This document shows positions 36,401 to 50,100 of a stretch of 64,000 bases of DNA, piece after piece. Source of the DNA: Fimbriosthenelais zetlandica (taxonomy: Eukaryota). The stretch's first letter is position 1. Each line of letters starts with the position of its first letter. Below the pieces are notes generated by a model. That model had not been told where the DNA came from and made no database searches. It saw only the letters and a program-made list of their open reading frames with translations. Location of the stretch: NCBI GenBank assembly GCA_977030845.1, contig OZ365115.1, positions 8,432,001-8,496,000 on the forward strand, written 5' to 3'. Both the position numbers and the translations under genes were made by a program.

Positions 36401-39400
36401 AGAGCTCCCCAGCAGCCTAGGAAGCCTGTCACAAATATGACAACACCCACAATAATCAGCGTGACAGCGGCCCCATGGACTAAGTTCTGTCCTGACTCTG
36501 TGTCCACCGTAGCCACATTGAGAAGTTGAAGGGCTCGCTCATCCACTTTAGCCCATATTCCAACCCCAAGAATAACAGCACCGATGATCTGGAAATATAA
36601 ATTTAATATTCAAATTTAAAGAATACTTGGATAAATATTGCATTAAAGAGGCAACAACCGCCTTTAATATTGTCTCTTAAAGGAAGAATTGAAATATAAT
36701 CCAGTTTTCTCCCTTGACATATTCTATCACATCCAGGATTTGGAGAAATGTTATTCGTGGAATTTTAGAAATCATTGCATTGGAAAATGCAAGGTGATTT
36801 CACAGGATGATTTCATTATACGTCCAATTGCATACCAAGGATTACATCATAGCCATGCAGGCGTGGAGAATAGTAACTGTGTATAACCTATAGATTAAAA
36901 TTGCTGAAAACGAGGTGGATGAGAATACATGTACGTGTATATGTAAGATGAGCATTGTGGGAATATTTTTTAAGTAAAATCTAGATGATGCTAAATAATT
37001 CTACCCTATATAATATACTATAATTGAGTCACCCCGATGCCACATTTAAGACTCTAAACACTTATGTTTATCAGCAACACTTACCAAATCAACTGAGCCA
37101 ATATTTAACTTCAAAGTCCCCGTTTATCTCTGGTTTGTAAATATGCTAAGCATCAGTTGAAGACGTCTGGGAGGGTCTTATGATATAGATAACACATTTA
37201 TACAACCCGAGAATATTATAATTCCTATCAGTATAGTTCTAACCTTGAATCTCTTATCAGTTAAATATGTTGGTTAAACCTGTGCATATTTCGTGAATAC
37301 ACAGTAATACGAATCCCAACTAGCAGTGGCAGGGGCCTAGTCAAATTAAAAGATTATCATAAATAGCTCCTTTGAACCACAGTATTTTTATTCTTATTTA
37401 TCCGTAAATTTAAATTTTCAGAGGGATTGAATACAGTGAAACCAGTATATCAATAGACAAATGAGATATCTATACCAGTGAACTCGTGATATTTATCAGA
37501 ACTTTTTTTAATCTGTTATACCGATTACGGGCTGGCGCAGGATTTATTTTGACATTTCTTTTGTGGTGAGCATTGATCAGTAGGCGTATACATTATGAAG
37601 TATATAGGCCTACCTGAAATTATCAAATTTACACCACATAATATCTATCATCATATATAATTATATTTGAGGTAATTATGACTTAATTTCTCCTGGAGCC
37701 ATTTTTATGGTTGTTTTTCTCAATGTTTATGTTTGGTCACTAAAACATTTCTTGTTTATTCATTGTGCTTCAAGGCCAGCCCCTATCCTGCCTTATTGGA
37801 AATCGTTTCTCCGCTAATGTATTGATTGACGTTTCTGGTTCTGTAAACAAAGAATGTATCTATAGACAAAAAAACTCCCTTGACTCGGGAGGGCTTCAAC
37901 TGGCCAGGTTCCTCCTGAGAAACTTTAAGGGAACTCTAAAGTATAGCCTACTCCCACGCATGAGTTTAGTCAATATTTTATGCTCCTTTTCAGTAGGCCT
38001 GCTCACTACAATAACTTGTAGCCAATCACATATCACAGTATAGATTCTCAGAAATCGTACCATAACATTTCTCTCTCCGCCCCCAGCCGCAACCACAAGG
38101 CCTCGATTTTCAATAGTATATACCTCTAATATAAATTTAGGGAAAGTACGAGATATGATCATGGTATGTGTGGGCTAGGTGTTCTGTACATGTACATAGA
38201 ACTAGATTGAATAATATCACATGGAATTACCATTTGCCCGTATCTGTTATGAAACAAAATTGTACAGAACAGATAAAATAATTCATAACGACGGTACTTC
38301 AATTTTATACGTTTTGGGAGAAGGATAGAGGTTTCATAATATACGAAATAAATTATCAACTTCTTTCAAGTTCAATAATGATGTAAGCATCAATGGAAAC
38401 AGGGGATATAGCTATAGATTCATGTGGAATTAGACAGGGCAATTCTTGAAACAAATGATTAAAAATACAGAACTATAGAATGGTGAGAAGGGTATTGAGA
38501 GAGGGAGGGGGTGAATTCGGGAGAGGATAGTTATGGACGCGTGCAATAGTAAGCTACAATCCCATGCACCAAACGACAGTGCAATATTAAATGTGTAAAA
38601 CACTGCGTGTCCATTTCCACTTAAATAAAGACCAATAGAATGATTCTTTATCACGGAATTCATTGAATCTAAACTAGCCAATCGATAAAAGATTGGTAGA
38701 AGCGGGACAGAGTAAGTGGCCTGAAAGTTCTGTCAATCCGGTGTCACTGGTCCCGTAAAAATCAATAGTCTGTTTTAGAAACATGCCTGGTTAGCAAATT
38801 TGCCACATTTATGCCAGTTTAAAGGCACCTGCACAAAAGTTGGAATATTACAAGCCTGTGGTTTAAAATACCAATCTTGGACACACACATCGTGATGCTT
38901 TACTATTTTATTTGGGTTTACACGTTATAACTATCAGACCCATTAAATCAAATTTTAATGTGGTTAAAGCTAATTGATCTTATAATTAGTCAGTGGGTCC
39001 ATAAATTTATAATACATGTATATAGTTTGAGTAAATTTATGTTTATGCTGCACATTTGGTGAGCCTTCAGCGTTTAAGGTTGAGTCGATATTTAACTTTC
39101 TCATTATCTTGGGGTTGAATCTTAATCATTAACATATTGAAGACATTATTTGTATTGGTAACTGTTCGTGACTATTATAAATGTGTATGGTTGTGAACTT
39201 TTAAACATTTCGGCAGGTATTAAAAACATCTTCAATAATTGATGGCGGGCAGGGCCGCATCTTTCAGTAACTGTTTACAAGGAGCGTGCTTATCGATTTA
39301 GAAAAGCAAACACTCTTCCCTCAATGGGCACAATGTTAAATTTCCACCGATAAGAATTTTGGGTCGAGTATAATCACTATTTTCAGAAATAGATACCAGT

Positions 39401-41106
39401 AGTCATCCTTATGTGTTCTGATTTGAGGCTGATCATTGAGAGAAAATATTGGGTCGCCAAAAACATGTGATATTAATTGGAAAGGGTGAATTTTGTGAAA
39501 TTACATCCAATCTGAAAGTCGAAATAGAGAACAAATACCAGCCAAAGAAAAAGGTTGTCCAAGATAATGCTGAGCCTTAAAAGATCGATAGCATAATTCT
39601 TAGGAATTACTCTTACTATTTAGATGTGAAAATGGCAAACACATTGACTTAGTAATGATGACGGTTCATGATTAACTGGTATTCCTATCATGAATCAACA
39701 TAGCAACAGAAAAATAGGTTCACAATAGTAACAGACTGTTCTTTCTGTAATGCAGTGGTGGATCCAGAGGTGGGGTGGAGTGGGTTAGGGTTGCTTGTGT
39801 GGGAGGGAGGGGTGGTGTATTTCCCTTTTTACCCCCCACAAAATAAAAATAAAAATCCGGGGGAATGGGGGTGTGCATTTCGATTTTGGAATGTGTGAGG
39901 GGATTGGAGGGGAGTTAATTTAGGAACAACAATCCCCACAACCACTCCCCTTGGTCAGACCAGGTCAGGACCCACCTTGCCATGTATTGTATCGATCTCT
40001 TCATGTGGCAGGTTGAGCTACACGTGACTTACCGCAGCGTAAGCGTACTTATTAGTTTACATTATCTAGTGTACATTTTGATACCATCATTGATATTTGA
40101 TTAGGATAAAGATCATTCTAAACCAGGTGTTGATGGAATAGCCACATTCATTGTGCCCCGTGAGCCTACGACCCTTTGTTCGCTGTATAAATATCCTAAA
40201 TAAAAAAAAAAAAAAAAAAAAAAAAAAATGTATGGTACATTGGTATAGGCCTACTGGTGTGGGCAAATACCAGAACAACAGTGTTTATTTACATGTATTA
40301 GCTTTACCACATTTTTTCCATAAATATCAATGTTAATTTTAAACTTTGTGGAAGGACTCGCGTCCATATATTGTATATGACATAATTATGTATATTTATA
40401 CCATGCAGAGACATGAAAATTTGTTTGTTGGAGACCATTTGGACCGCGAAAGGTTAAAATGCAATTTACATCCCATCAAAACGCCTATAACTACATGTAG
40501 ATGTGTATACCTGGCTACAATACCGGTTCTCAATACCTAACCAAACCATCAGAATATTCATGGGAAGAGAAACGCATTTTGTCTAAAATTGCAAGGGACC
40601 GACTGACCATGGCATGTAATTAGAAAAGTAACCGTTTTTCTATTCAATGAGGCGCAATGAAATTTGCCCTTCCCATTTGGGCATGAGACTCATGTGATCA
40701 TGACTGCATCAGCAAAAGCTTTCTCAAAGTTCCAACTTCCAAAGTCGAATTATTAATGCAAAGTACATTAACTAAGACAGTATTACGACAGTAATACACT
40801 TGGTTAAATTACAAGTTAACAAACCACAGAAATACAGAACATGAGAGCTAGGTCTTGATTGATAAATAATTAAGGGTCAGGTCGAGTTAGGTGGAGGTAG
40901 GGTGGAGTAGGGAAAAGCCGTCCAGTCTGGTCAGAGTGTAATGGAACCGTTTAAGATAACATGAAAGGGAACAGAAAACGTTCATAAAAGTCCATGAATT
41001 TATATGACAAAATATATAATAATTAACTTACCCAGAATACGATGTTGAACAAAAAGAGAAGATATTTGGCCATTTTAGACCCACATCCTAACGAACCGCT
41101 GCCCAT
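33455..41106 (-). CDS. Tetraspanin (copy A), 8 coding exons, ~282 aa
   Basis: Exons 41032-41106, 36373-36588, 36114-36188, 35735-35854, 35521-35598, 35095-35229, 34243-34326 and 33455-33520, all with phase-0 GT-AG introns. KYLLFLFNIVFW, GFLGCWGALKEN, CCG, PDSCC, GC motifs and four TMs. Confidence 0.93.
40202..40228 (+). repeat. 27-nt poly(A) run, probably the tail of a retroposed element in tetraspanin A intron 1
   Basis: Uninterrupted A tract preceded by ...ATATCCTAAAT. The 5' boundary and TSD were not found. Confidence 0.45.
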
Positions 41107-41159
41107 GGTGATGTCTGTTGAGTCCCCTGTCCCACTCCAAACTGACCGCCTCAAATCCT

Positions 41160-41380
41160 GAAAGAGTGACGAAGGAGAGAGTGGTTGGTATTTATATAGG
41201 CAGGTAGGCTAGCACAAAGATTGAATAGACTAGTCCACGCCCCTCCGATATCATATTTATCAGGGTGGTTGTAACACTTGCAGAGGCGGAGACTTTCCTT
41301 TAAAGACCTTGGCAAGTTTACAGAGGGGGGTCGTTTGGCAAAGTGCATGGGATTGGCAGAGTCCATGTACTCCGCCCATA
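41160..41380 (-). promoter_or_regulatory. Core promoter of tetraspanin A (TATA + Inr, upstream GC/CCAAT boxes)
   Basis: On the minus strand, TATATAAATA at 41198-41189 and TCACTCT with its A at 41167 give 31-nt spacing, 61 nt upstream of the ATG at 41106. CCACGCCC near 41235 and GCCAATCCC near 41355. Confidence 0.6.
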
Positions 41381-44143
41381 TTCCAGCTATAGAGTACATA
41401 AATGTACATGTGTATACCGCCACGATATGTTAGGCAATTATGGGGATCATGGGCGCGAAGAAAAATTCTTACCTCTTATAATACTCAACGTTTTTTTTTC
41501 ACGTGTGTGCTAATTTTTGTGTTCGATTACACTTTTGAATCACAATGAAGTATATAATTTCTGGATTTCAATTTATGTTAAAATTAGTAACCGTTATAAA
41601 TATGGCACTGACCCATGATCTAATATACCCACCCACCCGACAATCCCTCCCCCGCGGACTCACCCCCACCCCTGTGAATCCCCTTGGTCGACACCGTATA
41701 TAATATGACACAGCTTGGTATATCAATATACGGGCTAAATGTTCCAAGAAGTGCATGTATGACATAGCTTGTTTATTCATCATTTTTAATATGGTCATTA
41801 AATAATGATGACGGAATAAATATTCGATATCAAAAGGTGATAGCCTCTCGAATTGAACTTGTACCCAACACATACTATGCTACCAATCAATAGGAGAACA
41901 TAACACAATAGATAGGAAGATTAATATCCTGCATATACCAGTCCGTTCCCACCCCCTATACGGTGTAACCTATTATAAAATGCAGACGCCGTTAAAATAT
42001 CCCACATTAAACTGATCCATAGGCCTACTACTACAGAGAATGCCTGAATCAGTGGATGTTGTAACCGGTTATATTGGGCTTTAGTAGAGTATGAACGATT
42101 AAATAATGCAGATCATGAAAGTGAGATCATAATATTGCTATTAGTTCAGACTGTGACGTGGTTCCAATGTCGATCACGAGATTACCCAAGATAAGCCACA
42201 TATTCAACATTGAGTGATATGTTTCAACTTGCGGAATTGCTTTGCCAAGTGTACAAGGACTTTCCCCATGCACTTGTACAACATAAATAGGCTAATGTGA
42301 AATGTACTCTCTCTGAATAGAATGAATGATTGGTGATTTAACGCCATGCCAGCTGCTATCTCTGTGAATGGAATATTCCCATAAAGATATATTTTGTACA
42401 TGTAGCCTACTGAACGAAGCAATTTGTCCTCGATCTCTAAACCCATGCAGATATAATCTAAGATTCCTAGCCCCGAGAGGATTCAGGATTAATGATGAGA
42501 AATAGACCCCCAAACTGATTCGCATCCAACTGAGAGAGAAAACTTCATGAGGTACTTCTATATAATGTCGATAATGTCCTCTTCCTTCTCTCAAATATCC
42601 ATAATATTCTCTTGCCTCATTCATTTTTACAAGAAACATTCTGACCACTATACCACTTCTTAGGCCTATACCTTCTTTTAGATCACGTCCACGCACCAGT
42701 GCATTTCCCATACAGAAGTCAATCAGGCAAAACATCTAGGCATGTTAAACATGAGAAATGTGCATGTCATGGCTTTGAAAACAAGGTTTGTGGGCAAAAC
42801 CCGTCTCCTACCACCCCCACCAACTTACCTGTGGCCTTTGTGATCGATCCGAACTGTGCACTACAAAACAAGTGTTATATTATAAAGGTATCCCTCCTAG
42901 ATTGGTCCCTAAACAGTCCTATCACCGAGAGTAGATTCAAAAGACGACCAACCTGATACGTTCCCTGTGCTAACTCGAGTATTATCTGTTCACATTTATA
43001 CAGAATAGATGGATTTGGTGATGAATTCTACCAGTACATGTCATAGGATACTTACACCACTACCAGTAATGGCGATGACTAATCTGAGAGTCCTGCCAAG
43101 AACTGGCTTATCAGCATGTGATATATATATACGTGCAGCCTTGTGACCACTTGATATAAGCAAGTTGAACTTTAAACAGGAGTATCCCAGTGTTGATGTG
43201 CTTCCTGTATATATGGTATTGATAACCCGTAGAAGATAATATTACGATGATAAAGGTAGAAGATGATGATGATAAACCAATGTGGCAGTTGGTGCTATGC
43301 GTGTGGGGGGTTTTGGCATCAGGTGTGGACCATGGACAATACACACCTGTCTGTGTTTATGTGCGTGGAGATGGGAGGGTAGCAAGGACGCTGGGTAGGC
43401 CTATTCAATAATGTCAACCAGCACCGAGAGCTATACTGAGCAACTCGCTGTGAAGGTGGGCATGGCTCAGCAGTCACCCCCACCATCACTGCCACATCAC
43501 CTGCTCACAACATCAAAGCGTCGTCCGTATTGATTGATCTGGTTGCCAGCCAGTGTGCTGGTGAGAGGCATTGGTAAAGAATTCAGAATGTGGAGGATTT
43601 GGGATTTTGGCTATTATATGTCTAGTCCAGAGTACTTGCAGGTTCTCTTACTTCCATGTTCTCTTATTTGCAAGTTCTCTTACTTCTTATACATTTAACC
43701 TATAAATAATTAACTTACCCAAATGTCTGCTACTATCCCCAGATAAGTGTTACTGAATGATTAGAATGCTAGGCCAGCCAATTGCCTCCTTCTCACCCAT
43801 CCCCCACCCCGACCCCCCGATTTAAATTTCTACAATATTGTGATGTATGTGTAGTTACCATGAGGTTGATAAGGATAATAATTATTGAACTTATATCTGA
43901 GCTAATGAAAATAGTTCACCAATTGAGAATTTTCAAGATTTATTGCAATGATATACAATCGTTCAACATGTTGTGTAGAAACTGTATTGGGTATACATGT
44001 ATTTCGTCGCAGCAATCGTTTTCCCATGATAACAATACAACAGTGACTACTTGGTTAATGTTGCATTAATGACTTGCATTCAAATAGTGACCATTTAACA
44101 TGATTGTTTTTGGTACTAGTTCCTCAGGACAACACACACTGCA

Positions 44144-47100
44144 TCATTTTTGGAGTTGTTCACGGTCAGCCTTTTTCTTTTTGATTCCTATAAAATGATA
44201 AATTCGGGCATAGATAAAGTCAAACAACTCCAACTCATCTTGGATATCTTTATCAGATCGCCATATGATTAAAGTATGGTAATCTAGCACCGCCTGCAGA
44301 AGAGGGATCCACACCCCAGCAATGATCATACCGACAATGACCAGATAAAAAGGTCCCATCACATAGCCTACTAGGGTGGACGAGCAGGCTGAATCGGTAT
44401 CAAAATCCAGCTCCAAAATGGCAAGCCATATAATCATCATGAGTGAGTTTTTCACAGAAGAGAAATCTTCACAGTAAGGACCCAGAAGCAAAACTGCAAC
44501 CAATACATATGACACACATGCACAGGTGATGAAGACTGCAAAAGCCATGATGGAGGGTGAGGCTTTCTTCAGTATAACAGAGAGAATCATGATTCGTCGG
44601 TTAAACTGAAGTAACCTGGCCACTTTGAGGACTGCCACTACCTGGACTGATGCCATGAGATAGAGCAGAATATAGTCCCACATGGCCACAAAGTACAAAC
44701 TAGTATGTTCTGTATTGTTGGCTTCAAACTTTTCACCCAACTGATGCACCAATAAGTAGCGCTTGAAAAAGGCTACCATGGCACTTATGGCCAAAGCAAT
44801 CGTCGCTAAATCTATGTATGTCTCAAACTTCTGGAAGTAAAGACAGTTGTCGCTCATGCGGATGAAAGTTCTGATCTCTCGAATGATGAAGACCAAGACA
44901 AATATGGCATAGAACACCTCAATGACGACTGAGGAAATTTCCACTGATGCTTTCTGGTAATAAAACTGGGATGTCATGACGTTGTTGAATGGTTGAATCT
45001 CACCAGTGCCAAGGAACTCAAAGATGACCACGACAATATTAAACAGGTTAACATTAGGATTGTAGAGGTTTATCTCGAGCAGTATAGATCTGGTATGATC
45101 GTCAATCCAGCCATTGTCTTTTAGACTCGTTAGTTTGGTCTCAGCCTCATCCAGAGTCCTTCCCAGGTTCTGAATAAATCCACCACCAGAATACAATGCA
45201 TGAGCACCCAGGATAGATTCAGTATCAACATCGTCTGATGATTGGAACCGCCAAGCCATGTTTTCTGGTGACGTATTGGACTCGTTTATCCAGCCAACAC
45301 CATAGTCCCCCTTGTCTAGGTATGTCTGGGAATATGATGAATAACAGGTCTTTTCTGAAATCATACTCATTGTGGAAGTCCATGGACATTTCCCGTCACC
45401 TGGATTTGAGGGAGACAAAGGGACAGATCTTCAGATAATAGCATTAGTGGTTGTCATTAAATTGTGAAAAAAAAATGTCAGAAAATGCTACTTGGCTAGA
45501 ACATCTGAAGTAAAAAGCAAGATATGACATCTTTGGAGGACCAGAGTCTGCAATAGATATCAACGATTACCCACCCGGACCCACTCTGTGTTGTCTTATC
45601 CTAGGAACTCCGATCATAGCATTTGTTAGGTCAGACATGTAGACAGCGTTTGGTTCCTCGTCAATGGTGTTGTACAGAGTTGGTAGAACAGTCTCATTCA
45701 GGTACAGCCAGAGAGCATCTGTATCCTGAACCTGGAACAATAATGTAAATTATTACAATAAAACAGGCTCTTCAGATTCTACTTAATTATTAGAGGAGGT
45801 CTCTAATAAATTCTTATGTGACTTATGCCAGAGAAAACCAACATATTGGGTATTTTCTGATTATTATTCTGTCATAATTGCATTAGAATATCGTCAAAAA
45901 TATGTCGGGAGTTTTCGGAATGTGTCAGAGACTCATGTTTCCTGTCATGTCATGTTCCCGCTGACTAGGAGTGTGGATGATTTTGCTATGGTATGTTATA
46001 CCTGCATGTATTGTGGCAGGTGGCGACACCACTTAATACTCTAGGGTATTAACATAAAAAATTAAATTCAATAAAAAAAATATGGATCGCTTACATCACT
46101 AAGCTGTAGATCTCCATTGTAATGGGCCCTCAGAAGTCCGTCTTTCACCGCCTTATTGCTATGGAAAGCGAATGGATGCAAGTTGCCATAGATAAGCGTG
46201 AGGAGGCAGATGAGAAAGAGGACATTCATGAAGATGCTTGCCAGGAGATTCTTCATCTTGCCTTCATTCAATAGCTGTCTTTTAGCTCTTTCTATAGCAC
46301 TAGAAGTAGGCAGGGTGTAAAGTTTTTTGAACTCAGATTTCCAGACTACAGAATCAGTACTTTGATCACTGTGTACATACTCTTCATCTTCACCTGTAAG
46401 AGAGATGTATACCTTTCAAACCGGAGGTGGAATCACTCAAGCCACAAAACTGAGCTTATCGGTACACAATAATATATATATTTTGGAGCAAAACATGTTT
46501 TCAATTTGGATTGAATGAAGGAGGCATGCTCAAGAAAAGCAACTTAAAGGTGCACTGAAGAAAAAGACAAAAATTTAGCAACAATATACTCTTCATTGAA
46601 AAAAAAACGTCTTGCCAAACTTCTCGTCATAAATGGAACCAATAATTATGGCGTGAAACCAAATTACTAATTGTCAGTGGTTTGAGTACGGTACCTGGCT
46701 CGACATTCACTTCCAAATTGACTCCTTCTGTAATTGGTTGGACTGGCCTTTTGAATATCAAAGCAAGAATAGCTGCGAAAGCAAATACTCTTAATGGCTG
46801 AACGATTAGCGCACTCTGACCAAATGTGACGAAGAAGGAGATCAACCATTCCACACTTCTGTCATATCCATACCGGAGACCGTAGAGCATTATCACATAG
46901 GAGCAGAACAGACTAGAAACAATACCAACGAACCAAGCCAGATGAAGACACCACCATGGTAGTCTGAAAAGAGACAAGTTTATATTATATTCTACTTGAA
47001 ATAACGTACATCTTTGCCACTTGCATAAACCAGAATTACTTCTTCAGTGAAAATGAATACATTCCATGATAACATTATACTCATTAGAAAAGTATTTTGG

Positions 47101-50100
47101 AAAGTGACATCACATACTTAAATGGAGATTTAGGTTTCTTCTTATTCACATCAGACTCTGGAGGATAGTTCTGAAAAGAAAATTTCTTTTTTGAGATGAG
47201 GATACAGTCCTGCAAAATATTGGATTTTGAAGAAAGACATTCGGACACAAACTGATTCTAAAATAGATTCAAATCCTATGGATAAGATTCTTCGGTATTA
47301 ATGATATCACTCACATCAACAGATAAGAAGCTACTTTGGATGGACTTGAAATTGGTACTGCTCCCTCCGGCCTGGACTTTGCTCTCTCTGCTTTCTTTGC
47401 TCGCAGATTCGGTCAGTCTTTCTGTGATGTCTTCTGTGATGTCTTCAACCTGTTGGAATACAACATAAAGAGACCATTACATTAAGTGGTTATTTATATC
47501 ATTATCTCTACATACTTGTAAGAGAACATTGTGCTTGGTCCTTGTTGAATCAATATGCATAGAGGCTTATACTTACTCCTGTCTTGATAAAGGAATTATA
47601 TTCTTGAGGTTTTCCTCGTTGGTTAACTCCAAGAAATGATCTCATAGAATTCATGTCAGGGTGTCCATGTGGGTCGGTACCTTCTTGAGTGGACATACCA
47701 ATTCTACAGAAAGAATCAAATCCTTCCGAGGCAAGAGAAATGCAACGACTACCTCCTGGCTGACCAGGTTTGTAGTCTGGTTGTCTGCCAGTAACCTCCG
47801 GACTCAGGAACTTATTCCCTAGTCGTTCTTGCAATGGAATCTGCTCCCTATATTTAAATAGACAGAAAAGATTAGTTTCCAAAGACGGTGCTTGCAGTTT
47901 ACAAGTCCATAGACCTATGAAAGTCATTCTACCTTGGTCTGGTCTTGGTGCCCATTTTCCTCCTATCTTCCGTACTCTGAAAACCAAAATCTCAAATAAT
48001 TTTTAAGCAAAGAGTGTACAATGATTTAGTTTATGTCTTCAATATTCTTATACATGGACATGCAAAAATGTTAACAAAATAATGTTAGCAAAAAAATGAA
48101 TTTACTTACATCAGATTTTGTGGCAGTCATTGAGTCAAAGATATTGATTTTAACAAATGACTTCAGTGTTACGTCGTCTCCTTGATCACTGGAACACAAT
48201 CAATTTTAGCAGATCTATTATTATAAATCAGTTTTCTCTGAGTAGATGACAACCATTTATGCGACAAGTCTACCGTAAAACCTACCTGTCCTGCTCTTCT
48301 TCCAATTCATATTCATTAGAACGTATCTGCAGGAAAATATTTTATTAATATTATTTAATATTATTTCAATCTATATAAATTGCATACACTTTCATATAAT
48401 TTGTATTTCCAATCCTTAGACTTAATATCACCAATCTGAACTCATACTCACTTCTGGTGATTGACGGTCACTGGCCAATTTACTGCCTTTAGTTCTATGT
48501 TTGTATCCATCTTTTCCATGAAAGGAATGGACGATATCTGAGCTATCCCTCCTTGCTAGATCCCCCTCCTTCCTTTGGGGTAGGTCTATTGCATAGAAAG
48601 AATCAAATTCGTCTGATATGCTGGCAGCTCGTTTTCTTTCCACCGGTTTCAATTTTGCCTTTTCCGGAACAACAGTCTTTTGAGGTGTTGCTTTTGCTGG
48701 ACCAGACTGCTTTATATTATGTTCACTTTGATATTCTTCTCCTGGATGAAAGCCCTGAAATGGAGCAGAGTCTTTAGATCACATTTCCAGTACTTTTGAG
48801 TAAATGTCAATGGCTTTCGATGATTTACCTCAACAACTAAATTGTCTGGAGTTGTTAGTAGAATGGCAGGGGATTGTATGGAGTGATGATTGTCTTGTCC
48901 AGTGTCCATAATGGTTTTTGAAATGCCCTTGTTGCTCAGCAACTCATCCGATGGCCCGAACAGGAAATTCAAAATACTGTGGTAAAGAAATGTTCCAATT
49001 TAACAGCTTCATAAAATCATGGGAAATTTTCACAGGAAATTTCTAAAATACTCTATTCTTTATAATTTTACCCGTCAGATTCCAGAAGGACCTCACTTTC
49101 CAACGTCTCATTTGAATCGTTCTGGAAATGAAAAGGACACAAATTAAAATCTATACATATGTACATGTATACAGACATGGTACAGCTAAGGAACAAATAG
49201 ATGCTGTCAATTCGAAAAAAAAGACTCACATCTGATGAAGGATATTTCTCTTTTCCCATCATGTCATGCCTTGACGTCTGGCTTTGATTGGTTCCTAAAG
49301 TCCTTTACAAAAAGGTGCACTTTGTCACTTACTTTGTGAATAATATGCTTTCAATGACTTCATATGGAATCCTTTCATAATCTTACCACCAATATGAAAT
49401 TCTACAATAACGATTACTGAGGTTATCAATAAATAAACAAATTACTAAGATTACCTTGAACACACAATAAACTATATGTGAAACAAGAAAAAAACTTACT
49501 TATCATCCTCATCTTCATCCAAGTAAAAAGACTTAAAGGTTGTAGAACTTGTGGTTCTGGCATTCGTGTCTTTCTCAAGCCCTGTTTTTAATTCGAAGGC
49601 TTCCTTGCTTATGGAATCTCTAGACTCCTGGCCTGGTCTGACACCACAGTTCCGGAAAACCCAAATTAAGATCATGTTAATTGGTATCGTAATCAATGCA
49701 CTCTCAACACCAATCAGAAATTGAGTGTAGGAGAAGGTATAAGCTCCAATACCGAGCTGGTGGGCAGGATCTGATACTTGTCCATAGAACATGAGATTGG
49801 TCAGCATGGCTGTGGTCAGGAAGCACAGCGCACAAACAAGTCTCTGTGGTCGAGTGAAGACCGTCTGAGGTGGTCTAGCAAATATGCTAATCCACAGATG
49901 TTTGTCTCGTATTTCCTATCGATACAGAAATGTATTTAAGCATTTTGTATTTTACAAGCACTGCACTTTAGAAAACTGTTCAGCGTTTTACGTTTTCGGT
50001 CAATACTTGAAACAATTCAAGCAAAGTGTCAGAAGCTGTATAACATTCATATATATTTCAAATACATGGGCTTACCTGACTGGCCATTGCATTAAACACA

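Noticed and set aside
42292-42735. 147-aa minus-strand ORF between tetraspanin A and the PKD1-like gene
   Set aside because: No motif, no splice context, and composition like intergenic DNA.
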